Origin: a bacterium
GTDB taxonomy: Bacteria > Zhuqueibacterota > Zhuqueibacteria > Residuimicrobiales > Krinioviventaceae
Length of the DNA stretch: 64,000 nt
NCBI GenBank assembly: GCA_963674595.2
Contig: CAXXFV010000016.1
Span: 768,001 to 832,000 of the forward strand
Reading direction: 5' to 3'
The notes under the pieces are model-generated. The model saw nothing but the letters and a program-made list of their open reading frames with translations. It made no database searches and had not been told where the DNA came from. Positions 1 to 10,190 of this stretch are shown here, in pieces; within the stretch, counting starts at the first letter, position 1, and every line of letters starts with the position of its first letter. The translations under genes and the position numbers were made by a program.

Positions 1-94
1 TGTTTATCGCTCAAAAAGACGAAAATCCACCCGCGTCTCCAACCGGGCTTCAAGTCAGTCGTTTTTAGTGTTTAGGGTAAAATATAATCTGTAT

Positions 95-2419
95 TTAATT
101 GGTTTCCTCAATTTTTTGATTTTTAAGGTTTAAAATACCATTTTTTATATTGGTAGTTTGGATGTTATGTGTTAACTGGTACATAATATGCAAAGTCGCC
201 AAACAGAAGATAGTCGATTCAGATCCCTGGTTTTTATTTACCCCGCCACGTTGTAACCCATCGTAACAACCGCCTGTGCTAAAATCATAGAGACATTCAT
301 TTGTATCGTTTTTCCCTAAATACCAGGAGAATGCAATGTTTATATAGTCTTTCCAGTAGGGATCGTTTGTAATTTCATATGCCTGAATACATGCTTCGAT
401 TATACCTGGAATTTCTAAAGGTTGTTGATCAAATTGAGCCTTTTCTTTCCCTTTCGGATACCAGCCGGAATTTCCTATCAGGCTTAGTTTTTTATTTTTA
501 CTGTCGGTTTGTATTTCTAAAAGCCAGTTAAGAGATTCCAAACCCTGGTTTATCATCAAGTTATTGTTAAAATATTTTCCGGCGGCTAACAACGCTTGTG
601 GTATCCTTGCGTTTGCATAGGTTACTATATTTTCAAACCACGGCCATTTTTTGGTTGCATATTTTTTGTATGTATTGGATAGTTTTTTCGCAAATTCGTC
701 TAAAGTGTTTTTTGTTTCAGTTTCACCGCTAAATCGATTTAAATAGTTTATACATCCTAAAATAGTATAGGAAATGGCGCGAAGGGCTTCCAATTCATTT
801 ACAGATTGAAGCGCTTCTCTGAATAGATGGTTTGATAAAGACAGAATTGCATGATTCGGAGCATGCTTAATTGTAAAGCCTAAACTCCAAATCGATCTGC
901 CATGACTGTCTTCAGAGCCTGCTTCTTTTGCCCACCTTCTTGAAAAGGACATAAAATTTCGAAACCGGTGTGTTTGTGGATGTAATGCATAGTGCAAAAA
1001 TGATAAATATCTATGTATTAATTTTAAGCCGGCCGGATCATGAAACAATTCATAATTCATAATCGCTACCATTAAAGCCCTGGAATTATCGTCTGTTGTA
1101 TAGCCGTCGAACCGGCTTGGAGTCCTGTAAATCGCATGTTGAAATATTCCTGTATCATCGGTAAGCTGCATCATATGATCTAGTGTGATTTCCGGTATTG
1201 AGATAGAGGTTTTAATGGAAATTATTTTTATCTGCCTGGTTTTATTATAATCGTAAATTGATTTTTCAAAAATTTGTTTGTAATGCTGTGCCACTTGGGG
1301 CCAAATCATTTTTCTTCCATATTTATAGGCATTTTTTCTGATTTTGTTTCTTTTGGATATATCGCCAAGTAAATAAAGGATTTTTTCTTCAATTTTTTTA
1401 AAATTCTTAAAAGGGACTAAAATACCCCGGTGATCAGCCAAAAGTTCCTGAGCATACCAATAAGGCGTTGAAATGATGGCTTTTCCGCAAGCCAGGGCAT
1501 AGGCCAATGTCCCTGAAGAAATTTGTTCTTTCGATAAATAGGGAGTGATATATACATCCGCAGCAACAAGAAACTGAATTAATTTGTCCAGCGAAACAAA
1601 TTGATTGTAAAAAATAACATGGTGCTCAAGACCAAGTTCCTTAACACGATGTTCAAGAGAAATTCTGTACTTTTCACCTTCATGTTTTTTTACATTAGGG
1701 TGTGTTGCTCCAAGTACAATGTAAAGAATTTCCGGATATTCTTTAACAACATTCGGTAAAGCCTCAATCACGTATTCAATGCCTTTGTTTTGGCTTAATA
1801 ATCCGAATGTAAGAATAACCTGTTTGTCTTCTGCATGAAAATTTGATTTATAGTACGAAGAGTCCAGAAAAGGGATGTCTGGTGTTCCATGAGGAATAAT
1901 ATGAATTTTTTGAGCAGGAACATCAAATATATCTGTGAGTAAATGGACTGCTTTTTGAGCCAAAACAACAACATTGGTAGACAATGTGCAAATTGCTTTT
2001 AATGTTTTTTTTTGAGAAGGGGTTGGTGATTCAAGCACCGTATGAAGTGTTGTTACAACCGGTTTTTTAAGATTGTTTAAAACATGAAGAATGTAATCAC
2101 CGTCATTACCTCCGAAAATTCCGAATTCGTGTTGAAGAGATATAACGTCGGCCTGTGAAATGTTTAGAAATTCAGCAGCTTCTAAATAATCTTCTCTGCG
2201 TTGTTGCCGTATTTCAAAATTGACTTCTTGAGGATATAAAAATTTTTCCAGAGTGTTCCTCATGGCAATAACACTGAAATTATTATTTGTATTTACTTCC
2301 AGTTGAGATATTTTTTGGAGGTTTGTTACAAGATCGTTTGTAAATGTGCCTATCCCGCAACGTTGTGGCGGATATGTGGCGATAAAAGCTGTGGAGAGAT
2401 TGTTTGTATTCAAACTCAT
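95..2419 (-). CDS. GT4 glycosyltransferase fused to a C-terminal glycosidase-like (six-hairpin-type) domain
   Basis: 774 aa. GT-B motifs ATYPPQRCGIGTFT, QHEFGIFG, TFGLLSQNKGIE, EQISSGTLAYA. C-terminal domain with DDTGIFQHA, GYTTDDNSRAL, FDQQPLE, NQGSEST. Confidence 0.85.
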   Translation of the reverse strand: MSLNTNNLSTAFIATYPPQRCGIGTFTNDLVTNLQKISQLEVNTNNNFSVIAMRNTLEKFLYPQEVNFEIRQQRREDYLEAAEFLNISQADVISLQHEFGIFGGNDGDYILHVLNNLKKPVVTTLHTVLESPTPSQKKTLKAICTLSTNVVVLAQKAVHLLTDIFDVPAQKIHIIPHGTPDIPFLDSSYYKSNFHAEDKQVILTFGLLSQNKGIEYVIEALPNVVKEYPEILYIVLGATHPNVKKHEGEKYRISLEHRVKELGLEHHVIFYNQFVSLDKLIQFLVAADVYITPYLSKEQISSGTLAYALACGKAIISTPYWYAQELLADHRGILVPFKNFKKIEEKILYLLGDISKRNKIRKNAYKYGRKMIWPQVAQHYKQIFEKSIYDYNKTRQIKIISIKTSISIPEITLDHMMQLTDDTGIFQHAIYRTPSRFDGYTTDDNSRALMVAIMNYELFHDPAGLKLIHRYLSFLHYALHPQTHRFRNFMSFSRRWAKEAGSEDSHGRSIWSLGFTIKHAPNHAILSLSNHLFREALQSVNELEALRAISYTILGCINYLNRFSGETETKNTLDEFAKKLSNTYKKYATKKWPWFENIVTYANARIPQALLAAGKYFNNNLMINQGLESLNWLLEIQTDSKNKKLSLIGNSGWYPKGKEKAQFDQQPLEIPGIIEACIQAYEITNDPYWKDYINIAFSWYLGKNDTNECLYDFSTGGCYDGLQRGGVNKNQGSESTIFCLATLHIMYQLTHNIQTTNIKNGILNLKNQKIEETN

Positions 2420-2687
2420 ATCTACAATCCTTTTTCATGCGTTAATGTTTTTTTGTCGCATGCCCATTTTACATTTTAAACCTATATCGCAACAGAATGA
2501 ATGACTTGGGAGTTTTTAGATAGAAAATTCATGGAATTAAGTTTTTAAAGAAAAGTGTTTAGGAATCAAATAACGAGAATAGTCAAATTAAGATAACTGA
2601 AATATAATATTACTGTAAAAGTGTTGTCTATAATAACAAAAAGTTATTCCGAAAACTTTCATAAATTATTAAAAAAATGAGGTTCCG

Positions 2688-4553
2688 ATGTCTCTTGATG
2701 TGAGGAGAAGTTCAATTCGTTTTTATCCAAATTCCAAACGTGTAATTACTCGTTTTTTTGATTTGGGAAATGATTCCCGAAAAAAAAATATTATTAAAAA
2801 TATTTTATCTCTTTCTACAGTTGAATGTAATTTTCAGTTAAATCAGGTGCTCAGAGAGTTTTCCAATCGTCATAGAAATATTACCAAAGTTTTTAAAAAT
2901 CATTTTGAAAAGGTGCAAGACATTGTTGCCTCTCTGGATAATGATGTAAAGGCACTGCCTCGTGAAAAAAAGTTATTGATAGGCGCCTTTTTTACAAACG
3001 AGTATTCTTTAGAGTCCACTGCCTTTTTTAATCCGTCGATTGTTGAAGACCCTTATCAGGGTAATTTAAGCAAAGGAGAAAAACGGGTTATTCTAAGTTT
3101 TAGGGCTACCGGTGAAGGACATATTTCTTCAATTGCCTTTCGAAATGGCATTCTTTCAGAAAACAATCAACTAAACCTTGAAGAACCCGGTGATCTCGTG
3201 GACATGCCGGAGTTTGTAACACGATTTGAATATGAAAAGAGTACTTTTCTCAGCAAACTGGATGAGATGAATATTAAAAAAGACGTTATTGGAACGATAA
3301 TGGATAAATTGGATGAAAAGTTTACTTATGGACTGCTTTTGGGGGCCATTGATTCGGTTATTAAAAATCAGGAACTCTCCTATTCCAGAAAGAAAGTCAT
3401 TCAGGCAATGAAATGGCTGGCCTGTTCTCACTATGAAGTAACTTTTTCGATGGATACGGCCATTTCGGACAGGGTGTTGTTTCCGGTTTCCTATGCCGAA
3501 AAAAACGGAATTGAAGATGCAAGGTTTGTTAAATTTGTTGATGATGATGGTAGTGTTACTTATTATGCGACTTATACAGCCTATGACGGTTATGCCATTT
3601 TACCCAAGTTGATAGAAACGAAAGATTTTTATCATTTTGTTGTCAAACCTCTTCATGGTGATTACGCACAAAATAAAGGTCTGGCTCTTTTCCCCCGAAA
3701 AATTAATGGTTCTTATGCCATGTTATCGCGAATTGATGGCGTGAGCAATTATGTTATGTTCTCTGACGATATAACATTATGGGATTCCGCAAGTATCATC
3801 CAGTCGCCAAAATATCCCTGGGAATTTGTTCAAATTGGAAATGCGGGTTCACCGATTGAAACAGAATACGGTTGGCTGGTGATAACGCACAGTGTGGGCC
3901 CTGTAAGAACCTATAGTCTCGGGGCGATTTTATTGGACCTTGATGATCCAACAAGATTAATTGCTCGTTTAAAAGAACCTTTATTAAAGGCAAATGAAAA
4001 GGAAAGAGAAGGATATGTACCGAACGCCATTTATTCCTGTGGTGTAATGATTCATAATGGTGAAGTTATTATACCCTATGCGATGTCGGATTTTGCTTCT
4101 TCAATTGCAACAATTTCTCTGGAAAATTTGCTGTCTGAAATGGTGACCGAAAACAATACATCGTTTAAAGATTTTTTAAATACTAATAAAACATCCATTT
4201 TACTGGCAGATGATGATGCAACAATACGAAGATTATTAACAAAATTTTTAAGCGAACAGGGATTTTTGGTAACAGCCGTCAGTGATGGAATTGATGCGTT
4301 AATGCTGTTAGGGAGAGAAAAATTTGATCTTGTTTTATCAGATGTCGGCATGCCCAATTTTGATGGATTTCAATTGTTGCGGTTAATGAATGAAAAGGGT
4401 ATTGATATTCCTGTTGTGTTTCTTACAGGAAATTATACCAGTGAAAGTCTTGAAAAAAGTGCCGCTTTGGGTGCTGTGGAATATATTAAAAAGCCTGTTA
4501 AAGTAGATGAACTTTTGAAAATTCTTAACCGTTTGCTTGTTATTTCACAATAA
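2688..4553 (+). CDS. GH130-family glycosidase/phosphorylase with C-terminal response-regulator receiver domain
   Basis: FNPSIV, RATGEGHISS, NGIEDARFV, YTAYDG, KGLALFP, EGYVPN motifs. Residues ~502-619 are a receiver domain (LLADDD, SDVGMP, FLTG, KKP). Confidence 0.88.
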   Translation: MSLDVRRSSIRFYPNSKRVITRFFDLGNDSRKKNIIKNILSLSTVECNFQLNQVLREFSNRHRNITKVFKNHFEKVQDIVASLDNDVKALPREKKLLIGAFFTNEYSLESTAFFNPSIVEDPYQGNLSKGEKRVILSFRATGEGHISSIAFRNGILSENNQLNLEEPGDLVDMPEFVTRFEYEKSTFLSKLDEMNIKKDVIGTIMDKLDEKFTYGLLLGAIDSVIKNQELSYSRKKVIQAMKWLACSHYEVTFSMDTAISDRVLFPVSYAEKNGIEDARFVKFVDDDGSVTYYATYTAYDGYAILPKLIETKDFYHFVVKPLHGDYAQNKGLALFPRKINGSYAMLSRIDGVSNYVMFSDDITLWDSASIIQSPKYPWEFVQIGNAGSPIETEYGWLVITHSVGPVRTYSLGAILLDLDDPTRLIARLKEPLLKANEKEREGYVPNAIYSCGVMIHNGEVIIPYAMSDFASSIATISLENLLSEMVTENNTSFKDFLNTNKTSILLADDDATIRRLLTKFLSEQGFLVTAVSDGIDALMLLGREKFDLVLSDVGMPNFDGFQLLRLMNEKGIDIPVVFLTGNYTSESLEKSAALGAVEYIKKPVKVDELLKILNRLLVISQ

Positions 4554-4626
4554 TATTCTAAAAATTAATTCATTTTTTCATAAAGTTTTTGTAATATAAT
4601 TTTGACCTTATTATTACGGAAACGTT

Positions 4627-5478
4627 ATGAACAGTTTATGTTATATTAAAGCTTTATTCGTCCTTTATTTTTTGCTGATTTTACCGCAATTGGCCTTTAC
4701 CTTCTCTTCTGAATTGAACAATTCTATAGAATGTCATTCCTTTTTTTCAAATTCGTTAAATAAAAGAGTTGATTTCTCTATTTATATTCCTCAACAAACA
4801 CCGCCGGAAAATGGCTGGCCGATGTTATTTTTATTACATGGGCGGGGAAGGAATTATCGCTCTGTTATTGACGATTCCTTGCTTGTATCGTTTGTACTCA
4901 AGCAGCCCTATGTAATTGTTTTTCCAAACGGAGATGATGGGTGGTATATTGACAGCCCGGTTGTAAAAAATTCAAAATATCAATCGATGTTGCTGGAATT
5001 ATTAACACAAATTCGTTCAGAATATCCGGTTTCAAATCAAATTGAAAAAACAGGTGTTGCAGGCTGGAGCATGGGTGGATTTGGCGCTGTTCGATTGGCC
5101 CAGGATTCGGAATTGTTTGGCGCTGTTGCAACAACGATAGGTTTGATGGACTATCCAAATCCAAATTTGGACCCTGAACAAAATTATAAAAAAGGCCGGG
5201 ATGTTCCAACGGTTTTTACTCAAGACACGCTTGTTTGGAAGAGATATAATTGTTTGACCAATGCACATAAATTATCCGGGAAAAGAGTTCTGATTATTGG
5301 AGGACGGGGTGGTGCTGATTTACATATGAATTTTAATTTTCATAATGAACTGTTGTCCGAGGGTATTCCTCATAAATATATTTCTTATAACGGAGAGCAC
5401 GTTTGGAGCACGGTTCAGGCGACATTGCCGGTTATTTTTGATTTTATGAATCAAGTATTTTACTTAAAATCAGAATAG
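4627..5478 (+). CDS. Secreted alpha/beta-hydrolase esterase (putative carbohydrate esterase / FrmB-like)
   Basis: Hydrophobic N-terminal signal, LLHG motif, nucleophile elbow GWSMGG, C-terminal GEHVW. Confidence 0.75.
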   Translation: MNSLCYIKALFVLYFLLILPQLAFTFSSELNNSIECHSFFSNSLNKRVDFSIYIPQQTPPENGWPMLFLLHGRGRNYRSVIDDSLLVSFVLKQPYVIVFPNGDDGWYIDSPVVKNSKYQSMLLELLTQIRSEYPVSNQIEKTGVAGWSMGGFGAVRLAQDSELFGAVATTIGLMDYPNPNLDPEQNYKKGRDVPTVFTQDTLVWKRYNCLTNAHKLSGKRVLIIGGRGGADLHMNFNFHNELLSEGIPHKYISYNGEHVWSTVQATLPVIFDFMNQVFYLKSE

Positions 5479-5568
5479 TTGGATATGGTAGGGATTTACC
5501 ACCTTTTATAAAACTAATATGAGTAATGCAAAATATTATTACTTTGGTTTGATTTTATTGTTTAGAGG

Positions 5569-5922
5569 ATGGGAATTATGTTTTGTCCAAAATGTAAAGC
5601 AGAATACCGGGAAGGATTTACAGAGTGTGCGGATTGTAAAGTAGCGCTGGTATGGGCGTTGGATGAACCTGAGCCGCCAGATCATGAATTTGAGGACGTT
5701 GAATTTGTAAAACTTTTGTATACTTATAACCTTGGTGATATTGTATTTATAAAAAGTGTTCTGGATGAACAAGATATCGTTTATTTTATCCAGGGTGAAA
5801 ATTTTACCTATGTTCGCGGTGGAATAGAACCCGCTGTTTTAATGGTAAAAAAACAAGATGTGGACGCCGCATCTGAGCTTTTAAAAGATATGGATATTAC
5901 TTTTTTACATTATAAATCCTGA
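5569..5922 (+). CDS. DUF2007-like protein with N-terminal zinc ribbon
   Basis: FCPKCKAEYREGFTECADC zinc ribbon; GAGG RBS upstream. Confidence 0.7.
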   Translation: MGIMFCPKCKAEYREGFTECADCKVALVWALDEPEPPDHEFEDVEFVKLLYTYNLGDIVFIKSVLDEQDIVYFIQGENFTYVRGGIEPAVLMVKKQDVDAASELLKDMDITFLHYKS

Positions 5923-5944
5923 TTAATATATTGGAAAATCAGAG

Positions 5945-8701
5945 GTGTTTATGCGCTTTCGTTTAAAACTGATTGTGTTTTTTTTGATTTTAGTATCTGG
6001 TTGTTTTGCTGATATAATACCGACATCTTTAAAATGTGAATATCGTGAAAATCCTGTTGGGATTGATGAACCGAAACCACGGTTTAGTTGGGTTTTAGAA
6101 TCAAACCAAAGGAACCAGGGCCAAACGGCTTTTCAAATTATTTGCGCCGGTAAAAAAGAACTTTTGCAAGACAAGGTCGGAGATTTGTGGGATAGCGGCA
6201 AAGTAAATTCTGATCAAACAGTACATGTGGTATATAATGGCAAACCATTTCAATCTAATAAAACTTATTATTGGAAAGTGAAAGTTTGGGATTCTCAAAA
6301 TCGTGCTTCCGAGTGGAGTGAACCTGAAAGTTTTACGATGGGATTGCTGAATTCTTCCGATTGGCAGGCGAAATGGATTCAGTATGATACCAATCCATTA
6401 AATGAAAATACGGAATTGCATTTACCCCCATGTCCGTATTTACGTAAAGATTTTACCGTTCAAAAAAAGGTTCAAAGAGCTTTTTTATACGTGTCTGCAC
6501 TTGGGCTGGTTGAAATGTCATTAAACGGACAAAAGGTTGGAAACGATTTTTTTACACCAGGCTGGACGGATTATAATAAACGGGTCTATTATTTTTCCTA
6601 TGATGTTACCCCTCTGATAAATTCCGGTGAAAATGTGATTGGGGCGATACTTGCCGAGGGGTGGTTTGCGGATTATATAGGTTATTCCATTCTCGTGAAC
6701 TGGCCGCAAAAAAAGAATTTTTATGGCAAAGTACCTGCCCTTTTAGCCCAACTGGTCGTCGAATATGCAGATGGTTCTCAGACAATCATTAAAACAGATG
6801 ACACATGGAAGGCGGCAACAGGTCCGATTAAGGAAGCAAGTATTCTCATGGGCGAAACCTTTGATGCACGATTAAAAATGGATGGTTGGAACACACCCGG
6901 TTTTAACGACAAAGAATGGACACCAGTCCAACCGGGACCTGTGTACTACGGAAAATTGCAAGCTTTTCCGGGAGTGCCGGTTCGGGAAACCCAGGAAATT
7001 AAACCGACAGAGATAACCGAACCCCGGTCCGGTGTTTATATTTTTAATATGGGACAAAATTTTGCCGGTCGGGTTCGGTTGAATATAAAAGGGGAAGTCG
7101 GTACCAAGGTTACATTACGTTTCGGTGAAATGTTACATCAGGATGGCACTTTGATGACGGAAAATCTACGTAAAGCCAGGGCCACCGATACATATATTTT
7201 GCGTGGTGATGCTGAAGGTGAAGTTTGGGAGCCTCAATTTACCTATCACGGATTTCAATATGTAGAGTTGACCGGATTACCCAATTCGCCGGACTTGGAA
7301 ACTTTGACCGGTATTGTTTTAAATTCCAACACACCGCGGACCGGTTTTTTTGAATGTTCAAACGATACGGTCAATAAACTTTATTCAAATATTGTCTGGA
7401 CGCAGCGGGCAAATTATTTTGATGTTCCTACGGACTGTCCACAGCGTGACGAACGTTTGGGGTGGACCGGTGATGCACAGATTTATACACGGTCAGCATC
7501 CTATAATATGGATATTGATGCTTTTTTTACAAAATGGTTGAGGGACCTTAACGACGCGCAGGACCCAAAAGGTTATTATCCGAATTTTGCACCGGTTGCT
7601 TTTCACCGTACCAGCGGTCAGCATTACTTTTTTTCGCCGGGCTGGATGGATGCGGGGATTATATGCCCCTATACTATTTATCAGGTGTATCAGGACAAGC
7701 GGGTGCTCGAACATTATTATGATAATATGAAAAAGCAAATCGAATTTTACGGCACTGTCAGTGAAAATTATACCTGTAAACAGGATATTGAAGCATGGGG
7801 CGACTGGCTTTCTTTTGGTTCCAAAACATCCAATCATTATATTGCAACCGCCTATTATGCTTATGATACCTTGTTAATGTCTGAGGTGGCTGCGATACTG
7901 GGTAAGGATGATGACAGCCGGTATTTTAAAAATTTGTTTACAAAAATTCAAAATGCTTTTCTTGAAAAATATTGGAAATCTGAAGGCATTTTTGTCGACG
8001 ATTCACAGACAACTTGTGCTATGGCAATTTATATGAAATTGCTGCCGGAAGATATTGAAAAAAGAGCGGCTGTAAGGCTGGCAGAACTTATTCGACAGAA
8101 CGGTAACCGTTTATCAACCGGTTTTATCGGCTGTAAACATTTACTACCGGCATTATCCGAACATGGCTATGATGACCTGGCTTATACTTTATTAACCAGT
8201 ACCGAATTTCCTTCATGGGGGTATGAAGTTGTAAATAATGCAACAACGATTTGGGAACGATGGGACAGTTATACGATTAAAGATGGTTTTAAAAAAGGAA
8301 TGAATTCATTCAGTCACTACGCTTTTGGCGCGGTTTGCGAATGGATGTTTCGATATATGGCCGGTATTGATATGGAAGGGTATGGTTTTAAAAATATTAT
8401 TATCAGGCCGCGAATTTCCAGGGATAAAATTTCCTATGTTAATGCCGATTACAATTCCATACATGGAAAAATCTCATCTCATTGGCAAAGGGAGGGAAAT
8501 AACGTTAAATTGGATGTAACGATTCCGGCTAATACCACGGCGTTGGTATATGTTCCATCTCCGAATAAAAAAGAGATATTCGAAAATGGAACCGTAATTG
8601 GTAAGCATAAAGATATAAAAAGTATTTCATCTGATGACGGATGTACTGTTGTTCAGATCGGATCAGGGCCTTATAAATTTTCTTTCAATCTGACCGACTA
8701 A
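5945..8701 (+). CDS. Alpha-L-rhamnosidase (GH78), secreted
   Basis: Signal peptide; PRFSW, FTYHGFQY, PTDCPQRDERLGWTGDA, TTIWERW, MNSFSHY motifs. Confidence 0.93.
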   Translation: MFMRFRLKLIVFFLILVSGCFADIIPTSLKCEYRENPVGIDEPKPRFSWVLESNQRNQGQTAFQIICAGKKELLQDKVGDLWDSGKVNSDQTVHVVYNGKPFQSNKTYYWKVKVWDSQNRASEWSEPESFTMGLLNSSDWQAKWIQYDTNPLNENTELHLPPCPYLRKDFTVQKKVQRAFLYVSALGLVEMSLNGQKVGNDFFTPGWTDYNKRVYYFSYDVTPLINSGENVIGAILAEGWFADYIGYSILVNWPQKKNFYGKVPALLAQLVVEYADGSQTIIKTDDTWKAATGPIKEASILMGETFDARLKMDGWNTPGFNDKEWTPVQPGPVYYGKLQAFPGVPVRETQEIKPTEITEPRSGVYIFNMGQNFAGRVRLNIKGEVGTKVTLRFGEMLHQDGTLMTENLRKARATDTYILRGDAEGEVWEPQFTYHGFQYVELTGLPNSPDLETLTGIVLNSNTPRTGFFECSNDTVNKLYSNIVWTQRANYFDVPTDCPQRDERLGWTGDAQIYTRSASYNMDIDAFFTKWLRDLNDAQDPKGYYPNFAPVAFHRTSGQHYFFSPGWMDAGIICPYTIYQVYQDKRVLEHYYDNMKKQIEFYGTVSENYTCKQDIEAWGDWLSFGSKTSNHYIATAYYAYDTLLMSEVAAILGKDDDSRYFKNLFTKIQNAFLEKYWKSEGIFVDDSQTTCAMAIYMKLLPEDIEKRAAVRLAELIRQNGNRLSTGFIGCKHLLPALSEHGYDDLAYTLLTSTEFPSWGYEVVNNATTIWERWDSYTIKDGFKKGMNSFSHYAFGAVCEWMFRYMAGIDMEGYGFKNIIIRPRISRDKISYVNADYNSIHGKISSHWQREGNNVKLDVTIPANTTALVYVPSPNKKEIFENGTVIGKHKDIKSISSDDGCTVVQIGSGPYKFSFNLTD

Positions 8702-8710
8702 GAGTACGTT

Positions 8711-10162
8711 TTAATCGCTAAATTGAATTGCAAACACATCGGCATCGGACATGACAAATAAAAGTCTAATCTCTTTACCGACAAGTTTTGATAAATCGCT
8801 GCCGTTCTGCCATTCAACTTTTTGTGCCAGTTTGTCACCGAACATCGGCGTCATATTGCCCAGTTCAAAGCCGGGTATTGCATTTCCGGCAGCATCCTGA
8901 ATTTCTATCTGCACACTGCCGATAGCACTGGTGGAGAAATTGATTATCAGATGTGAACCGGAAAATATAAACGGTTTTGTCAAACATTGGCCTGTTTTAT
9001 AATCAGCATGTATGGAACAAAATCCATGGGGACGAATGGACAAACGTCGTAACTGTGGTTTTACCAGCGGATGACGATAATGTTCGCTGACATACATGGA
9101 CCATTCTGTTTCGGACGATTCAACAATACCCCAGGTCGGATAGTTGTTTCTGTCAGTCCAGTTTTTTTCATCAAGACCCGGTCGTATCCATGCTTCCGGG
9201 AACCGGTTCCAGTGAACAGCGTCCCTGCTTGACATAAACAAAGCGTCATTAATACCCGGATAGGGGTGGTCAGCATCGGTTATCCGTTCCTGCACATAGC
9301 GGTTTGGAAAAGCGAGATAGATATGACCGGCGCCCGGACAGGGGAGTGTGGCATTGGTATACATCTGGAACCCGTAATCATCATTATATTTATTATGTTC
9401 CACCTTTGTCCAGTTAAAAAAATCTCTAGATGTAGAACTTTGGATCGCCCTGACAACAGTCGGTTTTGCACCAAGTACATCTTCCTCATTTGAATCCGGT
9501 TTCAGGTTTTCAAAATATCGGGTAAAACAGCGATATGCTTTAATTTGCGGGTCCCAAAATGATGTGTTAATCGTATCAAACGTCCCTTCCATATCCAACG
9601 TGTCTTTAGTAATGGGTTTCCAGTGGATTCCGTCCGGAGAACCCATTATAAAACATCGTTTCCATTCACCACTCAGGCCTTTATATTTTTCTTCCGGTTT
9701 ACAGTCCGGATTTGTATCTATGAATGGAGGAGGAACATTGGGTGTATCGCCGATAAAAAGTATATTGTTTTCTGTTGAACCGTTATAGTCTACCAAGTTC
9801 AATGTCGGTCTGGTGAATGTAAAACCGTTGTCATAACTTTCAGCAAGCGCGATGACCGGGACTCGCTCGTTATCTTTTTCTGTCATGGATGCGCGATAGT
9901 ATAAACGTATTTTATTACTGTCTTTTAATACGCGATAAAAAAACATGCCTTTATTTTCCCACTCTGTTTCCCCCTTGAAAACAATTTCTCTTCGTTCCGG
10001 TTTGTGTAATTTAATTTCCATATTTACAAGATTATCGATCAAATAGTTGTCGACAAATAATTCCATACGATTACCGATGTTGATGGCTGTTTGACTTTGT
10101 AACGGTAAAAAGGACAGGAGACAAATATATAAGGGGATGAGAATGGTTCGTCTAACCAACAT
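8711..10162 (-). CDS. Secreted hypothetical glycoside-hydrolase-like beta-propeller protein
   Basis: 483 aa with signal peptide. ELFVDNYLID and repeated Asp-box-like units (SYDNGFTF, SPDGIHW, SRDFFNW, SRDAVHW). Confidence 0.55.
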   Translation of the reverse strand: MLVRRTILIPLYICLLSFLPLQSQTAINIGNRMELFVDNYLIDNLVNMEIKLHKPERREIVFKGETEWENKGMFFYRVLKDSNKIRLYYRASMTEKDNERVPVIALAESYDNGFTFTRPTLNLVDYNGSTENNILFIGDTPNVPPPFIDTNPDCKPEEKYKGLSGEWKRCFIMGSPDGIHWKPITKDTLDMEGTFDTINTSFWDPQIKAYRCFTRYFENLKPDSNEEDVLGAKPTVVRAIQSSTSRDFFNWTKVEHNKYNDDYGFQMYTNATLPCPGAGHIYLAFPNRYVQERITDADHPYPGINDALFMSSRDAVHWNRFPEAWIRPGLDEKNWTDRNNYPTWGIVESSETEWSMYVSEHYRHPLVKPQLRRLSIRPHGFCSIHADYKTGQCLTKPFIFSGSHLIINFSTSAIGSVQIEIQDAAGNAIPGFELGNMTPMFGDKLAQKVEWQNGSDLSKLVGKEIRLLFVMSDADVFAIQFSD

Positions 10163-10190
10163 TTACATTTCCTCACTTTTGTTTGAGATA

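Noticed and set aside
13-66. GC-richer segment at the window edge, resembling a structured RNA or IS end (CCGGGCTTCAAG recalls a tRNA-Sec anticodon arm)
   Set aside because: No cloverleaf, T-arm or clean stem could be built, and the context is truncated.
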